A DNA stretch of 20,604 nt from an uncultured Spirochaetia bacterium (GTDB lineage Bacteria; Oederibacteriota; PGYV01; CAYNMZ01): assembly GCA_964398505.1 (NCBI GenBank), contig CAYNMZ010000014.1:3489-24092 (forward strand), given 5' to 3'. The notes beneath the pieces are model-generated. The model did not search any database, was not told where the DNA came from, and was given only the letters and a program-made list of their open reading frames with translations. The stretch's first letter is position 1. The number at the start of each line of letters is the position of its first letter. Positions 1 through 7,391 of the stretch are shown here, in pieces. Made by a program: the position numbers and the translations under genes.

Positions 1-215
1 CAAGTTCCACATTCACAAGGACAGAGACAGCAGCGGTGCCAAGCCCGACGCTGACAGCAACGGCGACGGCAATAGTCCCAAGTTCCACATTCACAAGGAC
101 AGAGACAGTAGCGGTGCCAAGCCCGACGCTGACAGCAACGGCGACGGCAATAGTCCCAAGTCCCACATTTACAAGGACGGTGACAATGACAGCGCCCACG
201 ACCACACTGACAATA
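1..215 (+). repeat. In-frame 78-nt tandem repeat (2 full copies plus a degenerate third) encoding a 26-aa Thr/Pro-rich unit
   Basis: Copies at 1-78, 79-156 and 157-~215 are near-identical (one c/t difference at position 31 versus 109). The same 78-nt period occurs in the repeat array at the other window end. Confidence 0.8.
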
Positions 216-569
216 ACAGTGACGCAAACTGCTGTGCCGGCCGCGACAGCAACCTTGAGTTATGCCTGCGCGGAAACATCAATATCGTTTGTGCCCAATC
301 CGGTTATAAAAAATAATGACTTAACAGTGATAGCTGATTGCAGGATTTCCTATGTGCGCATGGATATAAGGGTTTATACAGCTTCTTTCAGGCTGGTCAA
401 GGTGTTAAGAAAGGAACAGTATCTTGCTGCGGGCCGGAACCATGTTTCCGTAAGCGCGAGGGAATTGGACGGCATTTCAGCGGGCACATACTATTGCAAC
501 GCCGTATTCTATGAAGCTTCCCGGACCGAAAAGACAAGGCCGGCTGTCCTGATAATGCTTGGACGGTAA
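1..569 (+). CDS. Secreted Thr/Pro-rich repeat protein, C-terminal portion (5' end outside the window), ending in a T9SS-type (Por_Secre_tail-like) C-terminal sorting domain
   Basis: The reading frame is open from nt 3 with no upstream stop. The ORF-track M at 36 is a GTG inside the repeat, not the real start. It encodes 26-aa repeats (SSTFTRTETAAVPSPTLTATATAIVP) followed by a ~100-aa tail, FVPNPVIKNNDLTV...VRMDIRVYTASFRLVKVL...AGRNHVSVSARELDGISAGTYYCNAVF...K. This matches the PNP / G.Y / terminal-K layout of T9SS CTDs and FlgD-Ig-like sorting domains. Stop at 567-569. Confidence 0.6.
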   Translation, partial: SSTFTRTETAAVPSPTLTATATAIVPSSTFTRTETVAVPSPTLTATATAIVPSPTFTRTVTMTAPTTTLTITVTQTAVPAATATLSYACAETSISFVPNPVIKNNDLTVIADCRISYVRMDIRVYTASFRLVKVLRKEQYLAAGRNHVSVSARELDGISAGTYYCNAVFYEASRTEKTRPAVLIMLGR

Positions 570-667
570 ATACAAAACAAACTGCCTTTAATTCTCTTTT
601 AATAACCCCGTTGCCATGATAAAATAATCCCGCTTTTTTAATAACCCCCATATAAAAGGAAGGCTGC

Positions 668-2449
668 ATGCTGCAGGTAAACAATTTGTCCCTGTCCTTC
701 GGGCCGCAGGAACTGCTTGAATCCGTGAGCTTCAATATTCATGCTGGCGAGCGTATAGGCTTAATCGGCAGGAACGGCTCGGGAAAGACATCGCTTTTTA
801 AGGTCATAGCCGGAGAGCTTGAGCCCGACAGCGGGACGGTAATGGTGCCGAGGAACTATTCCATCGGATACTTAAAACAGCATCTTAAGTTCACGGAAGA
901 CTCGGTTTTAAAAGAGGCCTGCCTGGGACTCAAGGAAGACGAGAAACAGCATGAGTGGAAGGCCGAGAAAATGCTGATGGGCCTCGGGTTCGGCCTTGAT
1001 GACCAGAAAAAACATCCTTCGCTTTTTTCGGGCGGGTTCCAGGTCAGGCTTAACCTGGCAAAGGTGCTGCTTTCGGAGCCGCATCTGCTTCTTCTGGACG
1101 AGCCCACGAACTACCTTGACATTATTTCAATGCGCTGGCTGGCAAAGTTCCTACGCCAGAGGGAGCGGGAACTTATAATAATAACGCATGACCGTGATTT
1201 TATGAATTCCGTGACAACACATACCATGGCCATACACAGGAAAAAAATAAAAAAACTTGAGGGCGGTACGGAAAAAATGTTCAGCCAGATAGCCGCGGAA
1301 GAAACGGTTTATGAGCAGTCCAGGCTGCAGGAGGAAAAGAAGAGAAAGCAGGCCGAGGAATTTATAAACAGGTTCCGCGCGCAGGCAACCCGCGCGAGCA
1401 TGGTCCAGTCAAGGATAAAGGCCCTGGACCGCATGGGCAAAAAGAAGGAGCTTGAGGCCATTGCCGAGCTGGGATTCAAGTTCGCTTACAGCGCTTTTGA
1501 GGCAAAGTGCCCGCTTCGGGCGTATAACCTGAGATTCGGGTATGAACCAGGCAAGATGCTTATAGACGGCTTCTCAATAGATGTGAATAAGGATGACAGG
1601 ATATGCGTTATTGGAAGGAACGGCAAGGGTAAATCAACATTGCTCAGGCTTTTGGCCGGTGAATTGACTCCTGTATCAGGCGAGGTTAAGAGGCATCCCG
1701 CCTGTAATATAGGATATTTTGGCCAGACAAACATTGAGAGGCTTGACTTGAACAATACAATAGTTAAAGAATACTCAAGTTTGCGGCCGGACCTTAAGGC
1801 TTCTGAAATAAGGTCGGTGTGCGGCGCCATGATGTTTACAGGTGACCTTGCCTTGAAGCAGATATCGGTTCTTTCAGGCGGTGAAAAAAGCCGCGTTATG
1901 CTTGGAAAAATACTGTTAAAACCCGCGAATTTACTCCTTCTTGATGAGCCGACCAACCATCTTGACATGGAATCCTGCGATTCTCTTATCACGGCGCTTG
2001 ACGTTTTCCCCGGAGCGGTTATAATAGTGACGCACGGCGAGATGTTCCTTCATCACCTTGCCAACAGGCTTATAGTTTTTGACAATGATGAAGTCCTTGT
2101 GTTTGAAGGCACATATCAGGATTTCCTTGAGCGAAAGGGCTGGAAAGGGGAAGGCCCGGCTGAAAACAGCAAAGACATTGTAAAGGAAGTGCCAGCCAGA
2201 AGGGGGCGCGATGCCGAGGCTGAAAGGCAAAAGAAAAAAATAGCCGGTAAAATTGCTGACCTTGAGAGCAGAATAGATGAAATTCAAAAGGCCGCTGAAA
2301 ATGCCAACAATGTTCTTGCCGAAGCCTGCGTGAAGGGCGACAAGGAAGAGATAAGAGCTACAAGCGAGGAGGCGGCCCGATTAAAAAAGCAAATTGAGTT
2401 TTTGTATGGGGAACTTGAAAAACTCATAGAAAGCATGGACAAGGTATGA
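668..2449 (+). CDS. ABC-F family ATPase (Uup/EttA/YheS-like) with two ABC domains and a C-terminal coiled-coil
   Basis: Two Walker A motifs (GRNGSGKTS, GRNGKGKST), two ABC signature motifs (FSGGFQVRL, LSGGEKSRV) and Walker B motifs (LLLLDEPTN twice). There are no transmembrane segments. The ~80-aa C-terminus is K/E-rich and predicted coiled-coil, typical of Uup-type ABC-F proteins. RBS AAAGGAAGG lies 5 nt upstream of the ATG at 668. Confidence 0.9.
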   Translation: MLQVNNLSLSFGPQELLESVSFNIHAGERIGLIGRNGSGKTSLFKVIAGELEPDSGTVMVPRNYSIGYLKQHLKFTEDSVLKEACLGLKEDEKQHEWKAEKMLMGLGFGLDDQKKHPSLFSGGFQVRLNLAKVLLSEPHLLLLDEPTNYLDIISMRWLAKFLRQRERELIIITHDRDFMNSVTTHTMAIHRKKIKKLEGGTEKMFSQIAAEETVYEQSRLQEEKKRKQAEEFINRFRAQATRASMVQSRIKALDRMGKKKELEAIAELGFKFAYSAFEAKCPLRAYNLRFGYEPGKMLIDGFSIDVNKDDRICVIGRNGKGKSTLLRLLAGELTPVSGEVKRHPACNIGYFGQTNIERLDLNNTIVKEYSSLRPDLKASEIRSVCGAMMFTGDLALKQISVLSGGEKSRVMLGKILLKPANLLLLDEPTNHLDMESCDSLITALDVFPGAVIIVTHGEMFLHHLANRLIVFDNDEVLVFEGTYQDFLERKGWKGEGPAENSKDIVKEVPARRGRDAEAERQKKKIAGKIADLESRIDEIQKAAENANNVLAEACVKGDKEEIRATSEEAARLKKQIEFLYGELEKLIESMDKV

Positions 2450-3294
2450 CGCCTAAAACAAGGTTCAAGCGTGTGTATGTGGAAATAACCAATTACTGCA
2501 ATCAAAACTGCGGATTCTGCCCCGGCACTTCAAGGAAAAAGGAATTCATGGATGAGGCGCTTTTTTTGAGGATACTTGAGGAGATTAATGGTTTCACGGA
2601 GCACCTGTATTTTCATGTCATGGGCGAGCCGTTCCTTCATCCTAAGCTGCCGCTATTCATAGACCTTGCCGGGGAAAATGGTTTTGTTGTAAACCTTGTT
2701 ACAAACGGCAGTATGAGCGATAAGCTTACGGAAATATCCGGGAAAAAAGCCCTAAGGAGCGTTGCGTTCTCGGTTCACGGGCTTGCCAATGTCAGGACAG
2801 GTTGTATAGATGATATTCTTGCTTTTATAAAAAACAGGCGGGACATCAGGATAATATATTCCCTCCGGGTGTGGGGCGTGTCAAGCGCGGCTTCGGCAGT
2901 GCTTAATAAAATAGAAGATGCGTATCCGGGATTCATGGAAAGAAGGAAAAAGGCGGAGAATGTCAGGGGTTTCAAGCTGGAAGAAAATGTCTATTATAAT
3001 GAGGCGGCGGAGTTTCTGTGGCCGGACTTAAACGGCCCGGAATACGGCGGAAGGGCGTTTTGCCTGGGGTTGAGGGACCAAGCCGCAATACTTGTTGACG
3101 GCACTGTCGTTCCATGCTGCCTTGATTCCGAGGGCACAGTTGCCCTCGGCAGAATACAGGAGAAAAGTTTCAAAGATATAATTGAGAGCCCAAGGGCAAG
3201 GGCAATATATGACGGTTTTTCTTGGGGTGAGGCGGCTGAAGAATTGTGCAAGAAATGCGGTTTCAGGCTGAGGTTCGGCGAAAAGAAACATTAG
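2446..3294 (+). CDS. Radical SAM protein with N-terminal CX3CX2C and a C-terminal SPASM/twitch-like cysteine cluster
   Basis: YVEITNYCNQNCGFCPG gives a CX3CX2C [4Fe-4S]/SAM cluster at residues 18-25. MGEPFLHP is the GGE-type SAM-binding motif and VTNGS the TNG motif typical of SPASM/twitch maturase-like radical SAM enzymes. C-terminal Cys residues are PCC...CKKCGF. The ATG at 2446 overlaps the upstream TGA (ATGA), so the gene is translationally coupled to the ABC-F gene. Confidence 0.85.
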   Translation: MTPKTRFKRVYVEITNYCNQNCGFCPGTSRKKEFMDEALFLRILEEINGFTEHLYFHVMGEPFLHPKLPLFIDLAGENGFVVNLVTNGSMSDKLTEISGKKALRSVAFSVHGLANVRTGCIDDILAFIKNRRDIRIIYSLRVWGVSSAASAVLNKIEDAYPGFMERRKKAENVRGFKLEENVYYNEAAEFLWPDLNGPEYGGRAFCLGLRDQAAILVDGTVVPCCLDSEGTVALGRIQEKSFKDIIESPRARAIYDGFSWGEAAEELCKKCGFRLRFGEKKH

Positions 3295-3347
3295 CCTATA
3301 AGTGTTTACGGATTAGTTTGAAAATATTATTGCCGTAAAAACATCTG

Positions 3348-3356
3348 TGATATAAT
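3348..3356 (+). promoter_or_regulatory. Extended -10 element (TGaTATAAT) upstream of the zinc-ribbon gene
   Basis: TGnTATAAT at 3348-3356, about 28 nt upstream of the ATG at 3385, with the RBS AAAAGGAGAA in between. No -35 hexamer is present at 17-nt spacing: TTGAAA at 3318-3323 is 27 nt upstream of the -10. A 7-bp inverted repeat TTTACGG/CCGTAAA (3305-3311 / 3333-3339) lies just upstream of the -10. Confidence 0.35.
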
Positions 3357-3384
3357 CTTTTTATCAAAAAATGAAAAGGAGAAT

Positions 3385-3837
3385 ATGATGGCTGACGAAC
3401 CCAAATGCCCGAAATGCGGGTCGGAAATGATACTGCGGGAAAGCTACAGGGGGAAATTTTACGGTTGCTCAAAGTTTCCCAACTGCAGGGGAACTGTAAA
3501 CGTGGAAGGCGGCGCCGCTGCCCCTGAAAAGACGGATGAAAAATGCCCGAAGTGCGGTTCTGACATGACCATAAGGAACGGCAAGAGGGGCAAGTTTTTG
3601 GGTTGTACAAAATATCCCGAATGCAAGGGAACTAAGGATTATGAGGAGAGATGCCCGAAATGCGGCTCAAAAATGCAGAAGAGGAAGGGCCCGAACGGCG
3701 AGTTTTGGGGCTGTGTGAAGTATCCGGAGTGCAAGGGCACAAGAAACATAAGGCGAGCAGGAGAGCAAGCCGTTTTTAGTGAAGGACAGGATACGAACGA
3801 CTACGGCGTGCCTGAAAACGACGAGACTCCGTTTTGA
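3385..3837 (+). CDS. Topoisomerase-type C4 zinc-ribbon protein (3 tandem zf-C4_Topoisom-like repeats, YrdD-like) with an acidic C-terminal tail
   Basis: Three ~45-aa repeats each read CPKCGS.M..R....GKF.GC.K.P.C.GT, which is the zinc-ribbon signature of topoisomerase I C-terminal domains. The tail is ...GQDTNDYGVPENDETPF. A strong RBS precedes the start. Confidence 0.8.
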   Translation: MMADEPKCPKCGSEMILRESYRGKFYGCSKFPNCRGTVNVEGGAAAPEKTDEKCPKCGSDMTIRNGKRGKFLGCTKYPECKGTKDYEERCPKCGSKMQKRKGPNGEFWGCVKYPECKGTRNIRRAGEQAVFSEGQDTNDYGVPENDETPF

Positions 3838-3871
3838 TATGAAAAAATACATATTTCAGGAGGAAAATAAA

Positions 3872-4687
3872 ATGGGTGAATTTAAACCGTGGATGTCCTT
3901 AATAATTGTGTGTGTTTTGATAGCGCTTTTTTTCGCTTTCGCGCCTTTTACAATAATACAGCCGGGCCACAGGGGGGTAATCTCAAGGCTCGGCAAGGTT
4001 GACATGGAAAAGATATTGTACGAAGGTTTTCACTGGCGAATGCCTGTGATAACGCAAATAAAAAAAATGACTGTTCAGATACAAAAATCCGAAATGGACG
4101 CCGAGGCAGCAACCCGCGACCTTCAGAGCGTGCGCGCAAGAGTCGCGATAAACTGGAAGCTTGACCCTGAAAAAGTGAATGTGATATATCAAACAATAGG
4201 CGATGAAAACGACGTGCTCGGCGACATCATGCACCCTGCCATAAACGAGGTTATAAAGGCCGCATGCGCAAAGAGGAACGCTGAGGCCATTCTGGTAGAG
4301 CGCGAGATACTGAAAAAGGACGTTGATGACGCTTTCAAGCTCAGGATGGAAAAGTACGGGATAATTGTAGTGGACATAAATCTCGTAAGTTTTGACTTTT
4401 CAAAGGAGTTCAACGCGGCAATTGAAGCAAAACAGGTGGCTGAACAGGAAGCGAAAAAAGCTTTATATATAGCGAAAAAGGCCGAAGCTGAGGCACAGGC
4501 AAGGATAAACCAGGCAAAAGGCGAGGCCGAGGCACAGAAACTGCAGAAAACGACGCTTTCAGGTATAATGATAAAAAAAATGTGGATAGACAAATGGGAC
4601 GGCAAGCTGCCCAAGGTGATTGCAGGAAACTCAAACGGCATGATACTTGACTTGAAATCCATACAGGACAATGAGCAGGGCCAGTAA
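3872..4687 (+). CDS. SPFH/band-7 (prohibitin/HflC-K-like) membrane protein
   Basis: There is an N-terminal TM helix (WMSLIIVCVLIALFFAFAPF), then IQPGHRGVISRLGKV and a long Ala/Glu/Lys-rich coiled region (AIEAKQVAEQEAKKALYIAKKAEAEAQARINQAKGEAEAQ), typical of the SPFH family. The start is chosen at the ATG at 3872 because it is preceded by CAGGAGGAAAATAAA. The ORF-track start at 3779 overlaps the upstream gene. Confidence 0.85.
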   Translation: MGEFKPWMSLIIVCVLIALFFAFAPFTIIQPGHRGVISRLGKVDMEKILYEGFHWRMPVITQIKKMTVQIQKSEMDAEAATRDLQSVRARVAINWKLDPEKVNVIYQTIGDENDVLGDIMHPAINEVIKAACAKRNAEAILVEREILKKDVDDAFKLRMEKYGIIVVDINLVSFDFSKEFNAAIEAKQVAEQEAKKALYIAKKAEAEAQARINQAKGEAEAQKLQKTTLSGIMIKKMWIDKWDGKLPKVIAGNSNGMILDLKSIQDNEQGQ

Positions 4688-4906
4688 AAAAAATTTGACA
4701 AACAAATTTAATTTTGGCTGTTTTATCGGCCATGAAACGGATAAGATATGCAATATGTGCTAAAAAGCGAGTATGTGCGCGTTGCCGTCCGGCAAGCGTA
4801 AATTGCAAATGCGCCGGTTCGGCTGCAGCTTTAACAGGGGCTGGCGCGGGCTGATTGGACCAAATATGTGATGAAAAAGCGATTATGCCTTTATTAAAGC
4901 TGCCTT

Positions 4907-5266
4907 TTATTTTGAGGAAATCCATTGATGAGCTGCGTTAAAATTCGAAAATACACGTAAATTTAAGCCACTGTTTCTTGCCGCTGTCTCAAAGAATCTG
5001 CCGTAGGGAAGGTAGGCATCGTTTTCCGCAAGCGCGGCCATTTCAACCGTCCGCAGGGAATCCCAGGCATTCAGCAGTTTTGCCAGCTCATAATCGGCCA
5101 CAGCGCCCTGCTGTACTGTCAGGCCTCGGATGTCCGGGATTATGCGGGTATTCCCTTCTTTCTTCAGGCTGTTAATAAAGTATCTTACCGCTTCTATGTT
5201 GTTTTTGAGAGTCTGTTTTTCGGAGCCGCGTACCACTATGTGGTTTTCATGAATTTCAATCTCCAT
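4907..5266 (-). CDS. Hypothetical small cytoplasmic protein (~119 aa)
   Basis: The ORF is intact and has coding-like composition. The likely start is the ATG of MEIEIHENHIVV..., although the ORF track extends to 5296. No diagnostic motif was recognised. The sequence has an alternating beta/alpha, STAS-like character, but that is not supported well enough to name. Confidence 0.45.
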   Translation of the reverse strand: MEIEIHENHIVVRGSEKQTLKNNIEAVRYFINSLKKEGNTRIIPDIRGLTVQQGAVADYELAKLLNAWDSLRTVEMAALAENDAYLPYGRFFETAARNSGLNLRVFSNFNAAHQWISSK

Positions 5267-5375
5267 TGTATAAGACAAAATGCCCCATTTTCGCAAGCCG
5301 TCGCCGGTTTATATAACAAAATAGCAGAAAATAAACGGAACTTCAAATATTTCTGTGGAAATATAAAGTTTGCGG

Positions 5376-5384
5376 TGATAAAAT
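5376..5384 (+). promoter_or_regulatory. Extended -10 promoter element (TGaTAAAAT) for the GT4 gene
   Basis: TGnTAAAAT at 5376-5384 would place the transcription start near 5391, upstream of AGGAGG (5398-5403) and the ATG at 5406. The same TGATAAAAT element occurs upstream of the ABC-F gene at 617-625. Confidence 0.35.
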
Positions 5385-5405
5385 GACTTAAAAACACAGG
5401 AGGAA

Positions 5406-6635
5406 ATGATGAAAATAGGGATACTGACAAACGAATTTCCGCCAAATGTCTACGGCGGAGCCGGCGTCCATGTTGAATACCTTACTGCTGAAATGGCGAA
5501 AATAAACAATAATGAGCATACGGTAAGGGTAATGTGTTTTGGGAACCAGAAACAGGACGGGGGCAACCTGCTTGTTGACGGAGTTGACGCCGAATTTAAA
5601 TATCCTGTTAAAGATGAGAAACACAGGAAATTTCTTGATACTATTTTAAAGGATATTGTCATGGCAGGCGGCCTCGGTGAAGTTGACATAGTCCACTGCC
5701 ACACCTGGTACAGCCATTTTGCCGGGTTGATGGTAAAACAGCTGCATGAAGTGCCGCTCGTTCTCAGCACGCATTCGCTTGAGCCGCACAGGCCTTGGAA
5801 GGCGGAACAGCTCGGAACGGCCTATAACGGAAGTTCCTGGATAGAAAAGACAGCATATGAAAACGCCGATGGCGTGATAGCCGTGTCCGAGTCCATGAAA
5901 AAGGATGTGCACGAACTTTACAAGGTGCCTTTTGAAAAGATACGTGTCATACATAACGGAATAAATTTAAGCCAGTATAAGCCGACGCGCAACGACAGCG
6001 TGCTTGACAAGTATAAAATAGACAAAAAAACACCTTTTATACTCTTTGTGGGCAGGATAACGAGGCAGAAGGGCATAATACACCTGGTGAATTCGTTAAA
6101 ATACATGAACCCCGGATTCCAGATAGTTCTTTGCGCGGGAGCTCCTGACACCAAGGAAATAGCCAAGGAGATGGAGGAAAAGGTGGAGGCGGCAAGGAAG
6201 GAATCAAAGAACCCGATTATCTGGATACCGGAAATGGTCCCAAAGGACGATGTAATAGCGCTTTATACGATGGCGTCTGTTTTTGTCTGCCCTTCGGTAT
6301 ATGAACCTTTTGGAATAATCAACCTTGAGGCCATGGCGTGTGAAACGCCCGTTGTGGCTACAAAAGTCGGAGGTATACCCGAGGTTGTGGTGCCGGGCGA
6401 GACAGGACTGCTGGTTCCTATAGAAAGTAAGGGCGGGACGGAAGTGGAACCCAAGGACCCTGAAAAATTCGCCCGCGACATCGCGGACGCCGTAAACTCG
6501 ATCGCGAATTCGCCCGACAAGCTGAAAAGCATGGGCTTAAAATCAAGGAAAAGGGTGGAGGATCACTTCAGCTGGACAAGCATTGCGGCCAAGACTGTTG
6601 ATTTCTACGGGGAACTGGTGAAAAAAAGGAAGTAA
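5406..6635 (+). CDS. GT4-family glycosyltransferase of the corynebacterial/mycobacterial glycogen synthase type (GlgA/GlgM-like)
   Basis: The N-terminus MKIGILTNEFPPNVYGGAGVHVEYLTAEM closely matches the TREYPPEVYGGAGVHV motif of the Corynebacterium-type GlgA / mycobacterial GlgM family. The GT4 C-terminal signature EPFGIINLEAMACETPVVATKVGGIPEVV is also present. Strong RBS. Confidence 0.85.
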   Translation: MMKIGILTNEFPPNVYGGAGVHVEYLTAEMAKINNNEHTVRVMCFGNQKQDGGNLLVDGVDAEFKYPVKDEKHRKFLDTILKDIVMAGGLGEVDIVHCHTWYSHFAGLMVKQLHEVPLVLSTHSLEPHRPWKAEQLGTAYNGSSWIEKTAYENADGVIAVSESMKKDVHELYKVPFEKIRVIHNGINLSQYKPTRNDSVLDKYKIDKKTPFILFVGRITRQKGIIHLVNSLKYMNPGFQIVLCAGAPDTKEIAKEMEEKVEAARKESKNPIIWIPEMVPKDDVIALYTMASVFVCPSVYEPFGIINLEAMACETPVVATKVGGIPEVVVPGETGLLVPIESKGGTEVEPKDPEKFARDIADAVNSIANSPDKLKSMGLKSRKRVEDHFSWTSIAAKTVDFYGELVKKRK

Positions 6636-6694
6636 ACTTTTTTCACGGGGTTTTCGTCAAATAAATGAAAGACGCTAAAAAACGGAGGTGTGAA

Positions 6695-7309
6695 ATGGTA
6701 AAAAAGATTGTGGCCGCGGCAGCAGCTTTACTGTTAGTGTCTTCGGCGTTGATGGCGGAAGTGAAAATGGGCATGGCGGCTTCAAGCTCCGGCGGAGGAA
6801 GCTTTTACCTTACAATAGGCGATTATAACAGGGTGCCGGAAAAGGAAGTGATTGTGGTAAAGCAGAGGGGCATACCGGATGAGGAACTGCCTGTTGTGTA
6901 TTTCCTGGCTGCCAAGGCAAAGGTGAAACCGGAGGAAGTCATAAAGTTCAGGCTTCGCAAATGGGGATGGATGAAAATTGCGAACAAACTCCGTGTTCAT
7001 CCGGAAGTTTTCTATATTGAGCTCAATGAAAGGCCGTCAGGCATGTATTACGGCAAAGCTTTCGGCCAGTACTATAAATATGAAAGAAGAAAATGGAATA
7101 AAATCAGGCTTTCAGATGAAGATGTTGTAAATATTGTTAATTTAAAGGTTATTTCCGAGCATTATCGCCGCAATCCTGTTGAGATAATAAAAATGCGCGA
7201 AACCGGAAAGACATTTGTGGCGATTGACAGGGAATTCAGGGAAGAAAAGTTAAAGATGGATAAACTCAGGAAAAAAGGCCCTGAAAAATATTACAAGAAA
7301 CGCAGGTAA
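6695..7309 (+). CDS. Secreted hypothetical protein (Lys/Arg/Glu-rich) with a Sec signal peptide
   Basis: The start is chosen at the ATG at 6695 (MVKKIVAAAAALLLVSSALMA-EV) because it follows AACGGAGGTG. The ORF-track start at 6665 lacks an RBS. The mature part is charged and unrecognised. A strong terminator follows. Confidence 0.6.
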   Translation: MVKKIVAAAAALLLVSSALMAEVKMGMAASSSGGGSFYLTIGDYNRVPEKEVIVVKQRGIPDEELPVVYFLAAKAKVKPEEVIKFRLRKWGWMKIANKLRVHPEVFYIELNERPSGMYYGKAFGQYYKYERRKWNKIRLSDEDVVNIVNLKVISEHYRRNPVEIIKMRETGKTFVAIDREFREEKLKMDKLRKKGPEKYYKKRR

Positions 7310-7324
7310 AAAAGCAGCCTAAAG

Positions 7325-7356
7325 GCCCGGCCCGCCAGGGCCGGGCCTTTTTTATT
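7325..7356 (+). terminator. Rho-independent terminator
   Basis: A 10-bp GC stem (GGCCCGGCCC) with loop GCCA pairs to GGGCCGGGCC and is followed by TTTTTTATT. Confidence 0.75.
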
Positions 7357-7391
7357 GACTAACGGGACGAAAACTGATAAATTGCCGAATT

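Noticed and set aside
1-215. Possible CRISPR array suggested by the regular 78-nt repeats at both window ends
   Set aside because: The repeats are in-frame coding sequence for Thr/Pro-rich 26-aa units. The period is a multiple of 3, there is no unique spacer/repeat alternation, and no cas genes are present.
397-735. 112-aa minus-strand ORF overlapping the end of the repeat-protein gene and the ABC-F start
   Set aside because: It overlaps two well-supported + strand genes and their intergenic promoter. The sequence is low-complexity with no RBS, so it is likely spurious.
2446-3837. Radical SAM/SPASM enzyme plus a downstream Cys-rich repetitive small protein as a RiPP maturase-precursor pair
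   Set aside because: The Cys-rich protein is a textbook topoisomerase-I-type C4 zinc ribbon repeated three times, with its own promoter. That is much more parsimonious than a thioether-peptide precursor. The ABC-F coupling is reported instead.
4189-4925. Two long minus-strand ORFs (170 aa and 171 aa) antisense to the SPFH gene
   Set aside because: Both are antisense shadows of a strongly supported gene. Their Ser/Phe-rich low-complexity translations are typical of noncoding frames.
4907-5296. The small minus-strand protein as a STAS/anti-sigma-antagonist or SiaC-like protein
   Set aside because: Only its size and mixed alpha/beta character suggested it. The diagnostic motifs (DSSGLG-type phospho-site, DUF1987 N-terminal block) are absent.
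7356-7384. TTGACT-17-TAAATT promoter directly abutting the ATG at 7392
   Set aside because: This placement would leave only a 7-nt leader with no SD. Either the transcript is leaderless or the annotated start is wrong, and there is too little evidence to call either.
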